The notes beneath the pieces were generated by a model that was not told the DNA's origin, made no database searches, and worked only from the letters and a program-made list of their open reading frames with translations. From Octopus sinensis (Eukaryota), in the NCBI RefSeq assembly GCF_006345805.1, contig NC_043001.1, positions 64,666,001-64,730,000 of the forward strand: a DNA stretch of 64,000 nucleotides, read 5' to 3'. The stretch's first letter is position 1, and each line of letters starts with the position of its first letter. Positions 1 through 13,009 of this stretch are shown piece after piece. A program made the position numbers and the translations under genes.

Positions 1-1483
1 CTACCTCTAATTTATCCTACTGGCAGTTGATGGTGTCTATTTTCTTTACATTTTCAGTTTTTATTGTACCTGTGCATCTTCCACACACAAAAGCTATTAT
101 CCTTGTTAGCCTTCCTTTGATATTGCTGCACCTCTTGTGTGTCCATAACTTACACTGGGTACATCTTATGGAGTTTCTATCTACACCTTTTCTACAGATT
201 GAGCAGGGCCAACTACCTGAAGGGATTTGTGATTTGTCTGCCTCTAGTTCTGGTAGTGATTCAACTATAAGAACAAGTTCATCAGCATAGAGGATCTCCC
301 AGGGGCAGCTTGCCTTGAATTCCTCTGTTATTGCTTAGAGGACTATGATGAACAAGAGGAGGCTGAGGATCGATCCTTGGTGAACACCTACTTGTACCTT
401 GAATTCTTACTAATAGTGTCCCTGTACATGGCTGGTACATCTCTCACTAACCACTCATCTATCCCTAGTTTCTGCATTGACCATCAGATAAGGGATAGGG
501 AGACCCTATCAAAGGCTTTCTCCAAATCAACGAAGTCAAAGTATAGAGGTTTATCTTTGACTATGTATTTCTCCTGCAGTTGCCTAACTAGGAATATAAC
601 ATTAGTGGTGCTTCTCCCTAGCACAAAACCAAATTGCATCTCATCTAGACTAACTAGCTCCCTAATGAGTTGGGTTATGACACTCTCCATAACTTTCATC
701 GCCTGATCCAACAGTTTGATACCTCTAATTATTTCTATCTAATGCATCACCTTTACCTTTCTATCAGTTGACTATGGTACTGCTACACCAGTCATTGGGT
801 ATGACTCCTTCATGAACCACCTGATTTACAATACAAGTGACTAGACTGCAAGATATTTTAAGCATCTCAGCAATGATTCCTGATGGACCAGGAGCTTTCC
901 CTGTTTTCATATCTTTAATTACATTATCTAGCAAAGGACTGTCAATCTGGATAGCTGGTCCCTCAATTGGGTCAGTAATTGGTAGACTCTCCTCCCATTC
1001 ATTCTCCATGTTCAGCAGTCTTTCATAATGGCATTTCCAAACCGCTTTCTTTGCAGAATCATTAAATGCAAATGCACCATCATCCATGCAGACACATTTC
1101 TCTCCTATGACATCACAATATTGTCTTACATACTATCCTGCAATCCAAAACACCTCAAGTCTTTGGTTGCTGAACGTAGGCAAACTTCTTTTCTGCCTCT
1201 CCCCTGACTAGCTATACTTGTTTCCTAGCTTCCCTTCTGGCCAGCTGTTATAGTTCCCTGTTACCCCCACTCTTCCAGGCCTTCCAAGCCTGTTTCTTTG
1301 CTCCAATGGTCTACAGCATCAGTCCACCACCACATCACCTTAGGTTTGGATGTGACATTGCACCAGCTGCTGATTTGCTCTGTGGCACTCAGCAAGCTGT
1401 CACGCAGGAATTCCCACTTGCCCTCTATATCACAAGTCTAGTTCCTCTTCTCTCATCAAATTTCTCAATTAGGATGTCCCTAT
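1..1483 (-). mobile_element. Decayed RTE-clade LINE, RT region (runs off window start)
   Basis: Minus-strand ORFs 764-1087 (KTGKAPGPSGIIAEMLK) and 484-711 (QFGFVLGRSTT...FVDLEKAFDRV) are LINE RT motifs; collinear with the RTE copy at 37.4-41.1 kb; stops/frameshifts. Confidence 0.9.
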
Positions 1484-1718
1484 CTACATATGTGTGTGTG
1501 TTTGTATATTTATATATGTATACATGTGTGTACGTGTGTCTATGTATATGTAAGCATTGATGTGTGGGCATGTATGTGGTGTATGTGTCTCTCTACACAG
1601 GCACATGCATGTATAGGCATACACACAAGGCTGAAAGTATACATAACCACATCCAGTGAGAGCAGACAACTATGCGTGTATGTATAAATATGTAAGTGTT
1701 TGTTGTAGTACTTGTATA

Positions 1719-1763
<45 letters not shown>

Positions 1764-1770
1764 TATATAT
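1484..1770. repeat. Mixed (TG)n/(TA)n microsatellite tract
   Basis: Dinucleotide runs visible directly. Confidence 0.9.
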
Positions 1771-1779
1771 ATACATCTA

Positions 1780-2088
1780 ATGTAGGATAAAATTTTTTCG
1801 AAAAAAAATTTTATCAATGGCCACGTCAAACAGCTGACTGAGTAAAGTTCACTATTCAATGTATGGGATAAGGCCTAAACAAACACATTATCGATTTTTG
1901 CACTTGCAAGATGAATTTCGGAACAGAAATAGCGCAGTTCAATTTTCATTCACCTAAACTTTAAGTGACCCATTTTTGGTGGTTCTATGATTTGTTGGCT
2001 AGGAGGAGATGTGCTGGGAAGTTAAACACACAGACACACACACAGATACACACACAGACACACAAGTTGAGTTTTATATATATATAGA
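1780..2088 (-). mobile_element. Possible non-autonomous Helitron-like fragment
   Basis: Minus strand begins A|TCTATATATATAAAACTC at 2088, like the Helitron 5' ends at 31280/32010; 3' CTAG end not found. Confidence 0.35.
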
Positions 2089-2138
2089 TATATATATATT
2101 ATACATGTATGTGTGTGTGTGTGTATGTATATATATAT

Positions 2139-2169
<31 letters not shown>

Positions 2170-2172
<3 letters not shown>

Positions 2173-2885
2173 GGATGAGGACAGCTGTGTGAAGAAGCGT
2201 TACACCATAACAGTGGAAGGAACCTGTGGGAGAGGTAGACCCAGGAAGACACAGGATGAGGTGGTAAAGCACAACCTTTGAACGTTTGGTCTCACAGAGG
2301 CAATGGCAAAAGACCGGGACCTTTGGAGATATGATGTGATTGAGAAGACCCAGCAAATAAAGTGAGATCGCAGATGTGGCCAATACCAGTGTCGCATAAC
2401 CAGCCCATGTAAAAGTACCCTTGAATTGCTGGGCATCACGTGCTTGAAAAGACCTGTTGAGTCAAATGAAATTGTAGTACTACAAATGAAATTGTAGTAC
2501 TGGTGTAACACAATAGGCACCATTGAGGTGTGAGTTGATGCCAGTGCTGCCTGACTGGCTCCCCATGTTGGTGGCACATAAAAAGCACCTTCCAAACATG
2601 GTCAAAACCAGCGACCCCAACAGGCTCCCATGCCAGTTGCGCGTAAAAAGCACCATCCAAACATGGTCGATGCCACTTCTGCCTGATGGGCTTCCATGGC
2701 AGCAGCATGTAAAAAGCACCAACTACACTCTCAGAGTGGTTGGCATTAGGAAGGGCATCCAGCTGTAGAAACTATGCCAGATCAGATTGGAGCCCGATGC
2801 AGTCTACTAGCTTGCCAGTCCTCAGTCAAACCATCAAACCCATACCAACATAGAAAACAGATGTTAAACAATGATGATGATGATT
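2170..2885 (+). mobile_element. RTE LINE 3' end (ORF C-terminus, structured 3' UTR, (GAT)n tail)
   Basis: EGTCGRGRPRKTQDEVVKH C-terminal motif; GGCAC(G/A)TAAAAAGCACC modules; GGCATTAGGAAGGGCATCCAGCTGTAGAAAC; GATGATGATGAT tail at ~2872-2885. Confidence 0.85.
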
Positions 2886-3230
2886 TCCATCATAAATTCT
2901 CTATGTTCTCTGGCAAATATATGGTCTTCAAATAGTGTTGCTTTATCTTTATCAAATTCATTAGAATTTCTTATTTCTTCAGGTCTTTGCATGATTTGGT
3001 CAGATGGCAGTCTTTCAATTAAAACTCATAATAGACTGCTCTCTTCAGTTCCTTGTTGTCTTATATTCAGGACATTTTCATTGCATGCTTGATTGTACTT
3101 ATTTCACTACCCATGAGTCTATCATTTCTAAAGATACCACTCTTAACATTTGCTAACTTGGTTTATCCAAATAGTGTTCTCCATATTTTGTAAGAGGTTT
3201 TGGTGTGTTTCTCTTGAGATTGCCTACCTA
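2886..3230 (-). mobile_element. Probable Dong/R4 LINE N-terminal remnant
   Basis: Weak minus-strand resemblance to R4 N-terminal regions seen elsewhere in the window; highly decayed. Confidence 0.3.
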
Positions 3231-4720
3231 ATGCATAATAAGAGTAGGATCAGCAGTTAGAGTAGAATCGATAGCATTTAGCAAAGAATTAGCAATAGAA
3301 AGAAATAGATTAGAGAGAGAACAAGTTAGCAGACTAGAAAGGCAATTAGTTAAGGCATCACAACTAATGTGCTAATGGCAAGAATGGCCTTCAATCATTT
3401 CTTTGAGGCAAAACATGAAGGCTGCATTGCCAAAGCTAAGGCCAGAATGGTGGAGATGCGACATGACAACAAAATCACAATTGGGTCTTTGACAGATTGA
3501 GATGGGTGCTTACTACTCAGTTTTGAGCAGATGTGTGCAGCTGCTTGGGAAAGGCAATGGGTCAATGACAGCAGCAGACTGGACGGCAGGTGATGCAAGG
3601 TTCTGCAAAAAGCTGATAATGGCCACTGAAATACAGGAAGTGATGAGCAATTGCACAAGTTGCAAATCACCTGGTTTGGTCACCTGGTTTGGATGGTCTA
3701 CCCTATAAATTATATGTGTTCATGCCAAGATTTGTTTGGTGACCTTTTGGCAACAGAACAGAAGAATTCCTAGTGCTGTTAGCCAGGGTGTGTCAATGCT
3801 TCTGAGGAAGGATACCCACAATGGGAACATGCTTGGAAATTTTGGGCCCATAACTTTAAGATTTTAAGAGTTTAAGATTTTGGCCAAGGTGTTAGTGAAA
3901 AGGTTGGTGCTTGTTGTCAGTAGTCTGGTCAGAGAAGCGCAAACATGCACAATTCCAAACAGGTCTATCCGTGACAACCTCCACCTTATGTGATACATCA
4001 TAGAGATAGCTGGGACTAAAGCTGGTTTTGGTGGTACCTTGATCAATTTGGATCAGTCAAAAGCATTTGATAGGATTGACCATCGCTACTTAGAAGTTGT
4101 CCTGAAAGTGGATGGTTTGGGACCCATTTTCAGAGGCTGGATCACTGTAATACATAGCAATACCTGCTTAGTGGTCAAAGTAAACAGCCACTTACAGGAA
4201 CTGTTTTGCATCACACACTTGGTCTGTCAGAGCTGCCTGCTGTCTCCTCTTTTGTATGTGCTGGCTCTTGAGCCACTACTGCAGAAGTTGGAACAGTTGA
4301 GGGGGCACACCTTTTAAACTGGGACACAGATGGTCAATGTCAGTAGCTGCGAATAACATCACTGTCATGGAGTCAGACGACTCCTAAGTGGAGACAGTTA
4401 GCTCCATTTTAAAATAGCATGAGTTGATTGCAAGGGCCAAAATCAATGCCAACAAGTTGGTGGGCTTGTGACTGGGTACCTGGAGATGCCATTGAATGGC
4501 AGCATTGGACACTAGACTGACGGACCAGTTAAACTGCTCAGGGTCTGGTTCAGTTTTGACAGATAAGAACTGGGACAAGGTGATGAATAGGGTGGTCAAT
4601 CTTACTCAGAAATGGGCTGAGAGGAAGCAAGGATTCACTCTGCTGTTTGATTTATTATTCCAGACTGTTCTTCTCATTGACAACACAGATCTTGCATTCT
4701 ATGAGGCCTCTTCCTTCCTT
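3230..4720 (+). mobile_element. Tx1/L1-clade LINE ORF2 fragment
   Basis: INLDQSKAFDRIDHRYL...SPLLYVLALEPLLQKL (4039-4317); collinear with second copy at 7.2-8.7 kb. Confidence 0.85.
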
Positions 4721-4759
4721 GTACCTAGGCACATACAGCCTGTCAGAACTGCTTTTGGG

Positions 4760-6410
4760 GTGTAGTTCCTTGTCATCACTTCTCTGGTTTTCCTTTCCAT
4801 TTCATCAAACTTATTCTTTGTCCACCTAAAAACACCTGTGCCATATCATATTAAGGAAATAGCCCATGTATTCATTGCCCTGATCTTGTTTTTTCCATTG
4901 AGCCTACTTCCCATAATTAATTTGGTTCTTCTGAGATATTCTTACCTAAAGCTTTCCTTCATTTTGTCATATTCCAAAATACCCAGGTACTTATATCCAT
5001 CAGTCTCAATATCCTTGATTTTCTCACCATTGGGTAGTTCTACTCCATCAGACGACTCTATTTTGCCATTTTGTTTTATAACCATACCACACTTCTTAGT
5101 CCCAAATTCCATTCCGATATCTTTACTGAATATCTGTACTGTTGAAACTAGGTCATTTATTTCATGTTCAGTCTTCCCAAAGATCTTTAAATAATCCATA
5201 TATAACAAATGATTTAGTTTTCCTCCACTTTTCAAGGTGTACCCCAAAATCACTTTCCGTAGTATCTGTGTAAGGAGTTTCATACAAATCACAAACAGCA
5301 ATAGTGTTAGGCTATCTCCTTGAAATCTGCCTCTCTTGTTATTAACCCTCACTAAAAATTTTCCACATTAGGTTAACTCTGTATTCCAGTTCTTCATTGA
5401 TCTCCTAATAAAATTTAATATGTTATCAGACACCTGTACCAGCTCAGTACTTTCTAAAATCCAGAAATGGGAGACCATGTCATATGCTTTCTTATAATTG
5501 ATCTCACCATGCCCAGGTTAGTAATCTTTTCTTGCAGTTGTTCAGGACCATTCTGTCTATAAGATATTGGTCTTTTGTTCCTTGGCTTTTCTTTCTGCAT
5601 CCTTTCTGTTTCACTGGCAGTTTGTTATTCATTTCCAGGAAGTTATACACATAATTAGATATTATTCCTGTCATCAGCTTCTACATCAGGGGCAGGCAGG
5701 TGATAGGTCAGTAATTATCCACTGCATTGCCTTTACTGGAATCCTTTTGGCAAAGAATTGTTTTACCTGTGGTCAACCACTTTGGGATTTGCACCCCATT
5801 GTTGATCATTTTAACCATTTGCATGGCTATTCTTCTGTGAAGTGCTGGGAAATTTTCCAGCCTATATCCTTGTATCCCACACAGGTCTGGGCATATCCAG
5901 CTTGGGATCTTTGTTGTCTGTTCAGTCTCCATTTCAGTTGTTATTCTAATATTGCTGTTTCACTTCATATTTTTGTGATCTTAATTCCTTCAACCATTTG
6001 GCATCTTTGTAATGCTTTCTTTGATTATCCCAGATGTTACTCCAGGACCTTCTACTTTCTTCAATGCCCGGTCTTTCACTGTTGTTAATATTTCTATTCA
6101 GCTATTGATAAACATTTTTTGTGGTCTTGTTGGAACAATCTATTGATTTTATATTGTTCAACTCTTTGGTCATATCTCTTGATCTTTGTCGTTTTAGCCT
6201 GCAATCTTTGTTTCAGCTCTTCAGTAACTCCGTTTAGGCCCTTTTCCTTTATCCTATATCTATGTTCTAGTTCCTGATATTTCTCCTTCCTCTTGATTTC
6301 ATCATTTTTCTTTCTTTCCAAGATGTTGATATGTTTTCATAGTGCATTCATTGATTGCTTTATTCTTCTTTTCCACCAAGGTTCTTTTCCTTCATTCTCA
6401 CTTTTATGGT
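4760..6410 (-). mobile_element. Dong/R4-clade LINE RT fragment
   Basis: RGRFQGDSLTLLLF, NHLLYMD, GMEFGTKKC, YKYLGILE (4942-5352); TTGKTILCQKDSSKGN (5708-5932); EELKQRLQAK..KIKRY (6094-6321). Confidence 0.9.
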
Positions 6411-6412
6411 TT

Positions 6413-9390
6413 GTACAATGCCTGGGGTTGTCCTGGAAGCAGTGACCTCAGGGAGCTGAATTTGGATGTAATAGCCATCAGTGAGACCAGGATCACGGAC
6501 AAACGTACCTTAGCACCCATTTTTAACGATTTTGAGATCTTTGTTTCTTGGGTGGTGGTGTTGTTTCTTGGGTGGTGGTGTTGTTTCTTGGGTGGTGGTG
6601 TTGTTCAGAAAAGGCCTGGATCTTGAGATACAGTTGGTTTTCCTGGACATGAACAATAATAAAGGCAGTGCTTTTAAACTGGCTTCTGTGTATGCTCCAA
6701 CTGGATTAGGGCAGCCAGATTTCTTCAGACATTTGGAGGTCTTTCTAGAGACGTCTCACTCTTTTGTGCTAGATTGAGTGGGGCTAGCAGATAAAAAAGA
6801 GGGTACACAAGCCTCGGAAACCTGCTCAGTCATTTCCAACTGGCTAACAGGTTCAGACTGGATTATCCGAATGTCCCAGTGTGGATATTGGCAAACAGCA
6901 TTGGGTCATCCAGATATTATCTAGATAGGATATTTTGTAGGCCAGCAGATAGGGATAGCATAGGTTGTCTACAATTCGACTTGTCAGCTATACAGACCAC
7001 AAATTTGCGATCTGTACAGCTGAATTAGATAGGCTTCATGGGCAGGGTCCCGAAATTTGGAAGCTGAACGTGTCCTTTCCAGCATGCCAAGTTTTCAGAG
7101 ACCAACTTAGCAAGTTAATCCATCGAAAGTTGACAGGTGCAGTCATCAACAACTGATGGTGGGTATCCCTAAAATAGGAGATTAGAGTAGAAGCTGTAAA
7201 ATTTAGCAGAGAACTAGTGATAGAGAAGACTAGAGTAGAGGGAGATCTAGTTGAGAAATTGGAAGAGGTACTCAGTAGAAGCATAGTGACCGACATGCTA
7301 GCAGTGAGATTGGTTCTGAACCAATTCTTCAACATTAAGCATGAAGACTGCATTGTCAGTTAGGACATATGCTCTAAAACAGGAGGGAACAAAAGCTGTT
7401 TGATGGGCCTGGGTGGCCGAGGCTCAGCTTGGTAACAAAACTACAATTTGGTCTTTGAAGGGTTGGGACAGGCGCATGCTACACGAGTCAAAGTATGGAA
7501 TTTCAGCAGCACTTTGCTGAACTGTACAGGGCACATGGTGACTCAGAGGTGGACTTCACTTACTACCTTGATGGACTGCCGTGGCTTTCGACCAGGTATG
7601 ACAGCTGAAGATATACGTGACATGTTGGCTAGCTTCTCGCAGAAGAAGCCTGTAGCATTGGATAGTCTATCCATCAAGCTTTATATTCATATGTCAGACT
7701 TGTTCATTGAGCTTTGGTGAGGTGCCTACCTTAACTGGTAGCAGAACGGAAGAATTCCCAGATCTGTGAGCTGAGTTGTGGTGGCACTACTGAGAAAGGA
7801 TCTGAACAAGGGGAACATCGTTGATAACATTAGGCTTGTAACTTTGCAAAATGCAGATTATAAAATTTTGGCCAACTTGTTAGCAAAGTGGATGATATGT
7901 AGACTTGCACTATCCCCAACAGATATAGTCACAACAACCTCCACCTCACACAATACATCATAGAGATGGTTGGTAAAGAACCTGGTATAGGCGGGGTCCT
8001 GATCAATTTGGATCAATTGAAAGCTTTTGATAGGGTTGACCATCAGTACTTGGAGGCTGTCCTTAAGGCAGCTGGTTTTGGTCTCGTCTTCCTGGTTTGG
8101 GATCCCTGCAATGTACAGTGACATCTATTCGGTGGTCAAAGTAAATGGCTACCTGTCAGAATCGTTTAATATTGCACATTCGGTCTATCAAGGATGCCCA
8201 CTCTCACCCCCTCTCTATGTACTGGCACTTGAACTATTACTGCAGAAGCTGAATGTTTCAAGAGGCATCTTGCGTGAACTAGAATGTGGAAGGTTTGTGT
8301 TGGCATATGCAGACAACATCATCATGATAGTGTCGGACATCTCGGAAATTGAGATGGTCAGCACTACTCTAAGGGAATACAGAGCAGTGATAGGAGCAAT
8401 GATTAACCAGGAGAGGTCAGGGGGCCTGTAGCTTGGCACCTGGGGAGGCAGGTCCTTGCTGACCAACAGTGTTATGGGGCACTGGATGAAAGGGCTGGTT
8501 AAGTTGCTCGGGGTCTGGTTCGGTATGGACCTCCAAGTGGACAAGAAATGGGGTGAGGTGACAGACAGGGTGGCCAGTTTCACCCAGAAATGGGCTGAGT
8601 GGAAGCTGTCCCTGAAAGGTTGGGCGGAGAAATATGAATGTGTATGTCACATCCATCATATACTAACACTTGACTTGTCCCTTGCCCAGCTTTGTAGCTA
8701 AACAGGCTGGTGCACTTACTCTTCTGCTTCCTGTGGAAGGGACAGGTACCACTTGTCAGCATCCATTGCATGGAGAACTGGGCATGATGTGGATGATGTG
8801 CAGACATGTGTTGAGGCTGCGACATCTCCAGCAATACCTTAATGGTGAGCAGGTGTGGTCACTGTTTGTTGGATGCACTCATCTCCATGATGGGGCAACA
8901 GTCCTTAATCAGGTGTAGACCGAGGCAGGGTGCTTGGCACCTAGAGTGCCTCCAAACACTCACAGCCCTCAGCCAGTTGGGCAATGCAGTCAGTGGAAGC
9001 TCCATCTTGGAGTACTATTGGAGATTAGTGGAGGGCAAGAGTGATGACGTTCTCAGAGAGGTTCTGGGCATCAGGTGGGATCAACTGGCTGGTCTCTTCT
9101 GGAGTACTTTTGGGCCAAGGCCTATGGATAACTACCAGAGATCCCACATCTGGCAGTTCTACTGGGGGGGACAGCTTGCTGGTTCACAAAATGCTCTACA
9201 GGCACAGGTGTGCAGTTAGATGGGCTTGTCTGAGAGGCATGCAGAGCAATGAAACTATTCTGCATGCTCTTGTACAGTGTTCATGCAATTCTGATTTGTG
9301 GAGCTTTGTCGAACAATTATTATCAAGTGTAGGACGGATCCAGCTATCATCTGAATACATTGTGAAGATCGCCCTGCCTCCTTCCATTGG
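6413..9390 (+). mobile_element. Tx1/L1-clade LINE, near complete decayed ORF2 (APE, RT, C-terminal Cys/His motif)
   Basis: LDVIAISETR and SVYAP endonuclease motifs; QGCPLSPPLY and AYADN RT motifs (8027-8431); NETILHALVQC C-terminal motif near 9250. Confidence 0.88.
6541..6604. repeat. 20-bp tandem repeat x3 (TTGTTTCTTGGGTGGTGGTG) in Tx1 endonuclease region
   Basis: Three adjacent identical units visible. Confidence 0.85.
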
Positions 9391-10845
9391 CATGCTGCAT
9401 TCACTTACTGTATGAGTAACACTTTCTTCTTTTGACTTACATAACATGCATTGGGAATCTACTTTGTTTTTGTCTATCTTGGTTTTATCTAATTAGTCCT
9501 TAATGCTTGATCTTGTGCTGCTAATAACAAACTTTCTGTTAACTTCTTCAGCTTTCCTTTCTGCAACAATAACCATGTCTCACTACTACTATTTACTGCA
9601 ACTATCTTTGGGAACCTACCATACAAAGCCTTCTCCAGCCAGTCAGATAACTGTTGTTCTTTTTTCTGGTTTTCAACTTTGTTTTTCTTTTTTTTTGCTT
9701 TCCTTATGTCTTACTGTAACTTAAGCAACTCTTAATAAACTTCCTTCACTATTACCTGCATAGGAGTCTATATATACTGTAGCTAATTCCATGCAGTCTT
9801 CTACTGATATTGGCTCTCTTCCACCTTCCTTTCTAGATAAGTATATTCTTGCTACTCCTTCTCCATTCATATTGAATTCCTTCCTAGTTCTTCTGTCTAG
9901 CTTTGCTCATTCGGTTTTTGTCCAATCTACAAAAGCTGCTGAGTATCTTAGTAATGATGCTTCCCTAATATTTACGGCCATTAGTAGATTTGGACCATTT
10001 AGCTTTGACTTCATTAGCTTCCTTACCCTCTGATGTACTCCTAAATTTTCATTTCCATTTTTATAGTTAGTATTCTGTCAGATTCTAATACTCCTAGATA
10101 CTTATATAACTCTCTCTCTTTCAGTGATTTTAATATCAAGCCATCTGGTAATCGGATGCTTTCACTGTTGACTACCTGTCCCCTTTTCATGACTAATATT
10201 GCACACTTATCTATGCCAAATTCCATGCCTATATCTTTTCTGAAGAGTCTTACAGTCTGTATTAAGGAATCTATCTCTTTTCCATTCTTACTAAAAAGCT
10301 TCAGATCATTCATGTAGAGCAAATGATTAATTTTTCCCTTACTATTTCTGAACTGATACCCTGCCTTTGCCTTCCTTAGTACTAAACTGAGGGGGATGAA
10401 ACATAAGATTAATATTAAAAGGGATAATCAGTCTCCTTGGAAAAAATTTCTCTCTTGATATTAACCTTTTGTAAAACTGTATCACCTGAGTAGAGATCTA
10501 CTTTCCATTTCTTCATCCTAAAGCTACTTAATTCTCTTATGTTGTCTGCTATACTGAATATACTCAAACATTCACTTATCTATGAGTGTGGAATCATGTC
10601 ATAGGATTTTTGTGATCTATCCATGCTATTGTTAAATTTTTTTCTCTAGCTTTTACTTCATTTGGAACTGCTTTGTTTATGTAAAATAAATCATATGTTC
10701 TTCTAGCCTGCTTCCTGCAACCTTTCTGTTCTTCTGGCAGTAAATTCTAGTTATCAAGTTGCTCATAAATGCTTTCTGAAAGTATTCCTGTTAACAGCTT
10801 CCACACTAATGGTAAGCAAGTGATTGGTCTATAATTGCTAGCTAC

Positions 10846-12140
10846 TGTATGATGCGTGTGTACGAACAGCCATGCTACATGGCAGTGAAACATGGGCCGT
10901 GACTGCCGAGGACATGCGTAAGCTCGTGAGGAATGAAGCCAGTATGCTCCGATGGATGTGTAATGTCAGTGTACATACTCGACAGAGCGTTAGCACCTTG
11001 AGAGAAATGTTGTACCTAAGAGGCATCAGTTGTGGTGTGCAAGAGAGACGATTGCGCTGGTATGGTCATGTGGCGAGAATGGATGAAGATAGGTGTGTGA
11101 GAAAGTGCCAATCCTTAGCAGTTGAGGGAACCCGTGGAAGAGGTAGACCCAGGAAAACTTGGGACGAGGTGGTGAAGCACGACCTTCGAACTTTAGGCCT
11201 CACTGAGGAAATGACCAGCGACCGAGACCTTTGGAAATATTCTGTACGTGAGAAGACCAGGCAGGACAAGTGAGCCCAGCCCACTTATGAATGCCTTTCC
11301 TCCCTTGGACACAAAGACCTGTTGAGGCAAGCGAAGTCGATATAGAACCTCATCCGACGACAGGCACCCATGCCAACCCCCTTTGCAAGCGAAATCGAAA
11401 TCGAAGTCAAAATCGAATTGAACCAGCCAGGATCCCTGGTCTGGTGGTACGTAAAAAGCACTATCCGACTCGTGGCCGATGCCAGCGCCGCCTCCACTGG
11501 CTTCCGTGCCGGTGGCACGTAAAATACACCAATCTGACCGTACGACAGGCACCCATGCCAACCCCCTTGCTTGCGAAGACATGTTGGGGCAAGCGAAATC
11601 GAATTGAACCAGCCAGGTTCCCTGGTCTGGTGGTACGTAAAAAGCACTATCCGACTCGTGGCCGATGCCAGCGCCGCCTCCACTGGCTTCCGTGCCGGTG
11701 GCACGTAAAATACACCAATCTGACCGTACAACAGGCACCCATGCCAACCCCCTTGCTTGCGAAGACATGTTGGGGCAAGCGAAATCGAAATCGAATTGAA
11801 CCAGCCAGGATCCCTGGTCTGGTGGTACGTAAAAAGCACCATCCGCCTCGTGGCCGATGCCAGCACCGCCTCGTCTGGCTTCCGTGCCGGTGGCACATAA
11901 AATACACCAATCCGACCGTGGCCGTTGCCAGCCTCACCTGGCACCTGTGCAGGTGGCACGTAAAAAGCACCCACTACACTCACGGAGTGGTTGGCGTTAG
12001 GAAGGGCATCCAGCTGTAGAAACACTGCCAGATAAGACTGGAGCCTGGTGCAGCCTTCTGGCTTCCCAGATCCCCGGTCGAACCGTCCAACCCATGCTAG
12101 CATGGAGAACGGACGTTAAACGATGATGATGATGATGATG
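10846..12140 (+). mobile_element. Young-looking RTE LINE 3' fragment with amplified 3' UTR and (GAT)n tail
   Basis: ORF 10872-11273 HGSETWA...RRLRWYGHV...GRGRPRKTW; CpG-rich UTR; (GAT)n at 12122-12140. Confidence 0.92.
11357..11880 (+). repeat. 186/192-bp tandem repeat in RTE 3' UTR
   Basis: AATCGAATTGAACCAGCCAGG recurs at 11411, 11597, 11789. Confidence 0.9.
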
Positions 12141-13009
12141 ATTACCTTGCTTTTATCTTTCATAAGGAGTATTGTTCGCCCTGTAGTCATTCAATCTGGT
12201 ATTATTCCTCCATTAAGACAATCCTGAAGTTGTTCCCTAAGCCTCCCATGTAAATTTCTAAATTTCTTTTGCCCTTGAACTAAATCTTGTCCTGGGCCCT
12301 TCCAATTTGGCATTTTTCCTAACACTTTACTCAATGCACTAGTTAGTCTTAGATCTGGCTGCTTCTCACTCACTACTTCTTCCCTCACTTTCTTTAACCA
12401 TACTGCATCTCCTTTATGATTGACTGGATTATCCCATATATTACTCCAGAACTTTCTAGCTTCTTCTGTATTAGATATCTCATCTTCAGTAATTTCTTCT
12501 CCACTATTTATTTGGTTGTAAAATCTCCTCTGGTCTGTCTCAAATAATCTATTCTGTTGATACTGATCTATTTTCTGATATCTTCCAAATATCAGAAAAG
12601 AATAGATGCTACTGCTATCATATGCTGTTTCAACTTTTCTATGACTGTTCCAAATCCTTTCTCTTTGACTAAGTATCTTTTCTCAAGAGAAGATTTAAAT
12701 TTTGAGTATCCTAACTTGTTCAGTTTCCAGGCTTCTATTCTATTCAGATCTTGTCTTAAAGTCTTCACTATTTTGTAATCTCCTTTTCCACATTTGCTCT
12801 TTTCTAATCTTTCCTTGTGGAATATCTAATCTTCTCGTAACTACCACCCTTCCTGCATAGATCAATAATTGTCTCCTATATTTTTCGTATCTATCCTACT
12901 GGTAGCAGAATCTACTTTCCAAGTTATATCTAGCAGCTTCCTTCTGTTGGTACCTTTTAATGCTGGCGATCTTTTTCTTATGTCTTTACCCATTACTTCC
13001 TGCAGCTCA

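Noticed and set aside
11505-11530. RTE UTR module as a bona fide pistol or twister ribozyme
   Set aside because: Only P1 and the A-rich linker resemble pistol; the P2/P3 arrangement and catalytic junction are absent, and no twister core is seen.
11285-12103. 242-aa and 272-aa ORFs with internal repeats
   Set aside because: They arise because the 186/192-bp UTR repeats are multiples of 3 and GC-rich; no recognisable domain.
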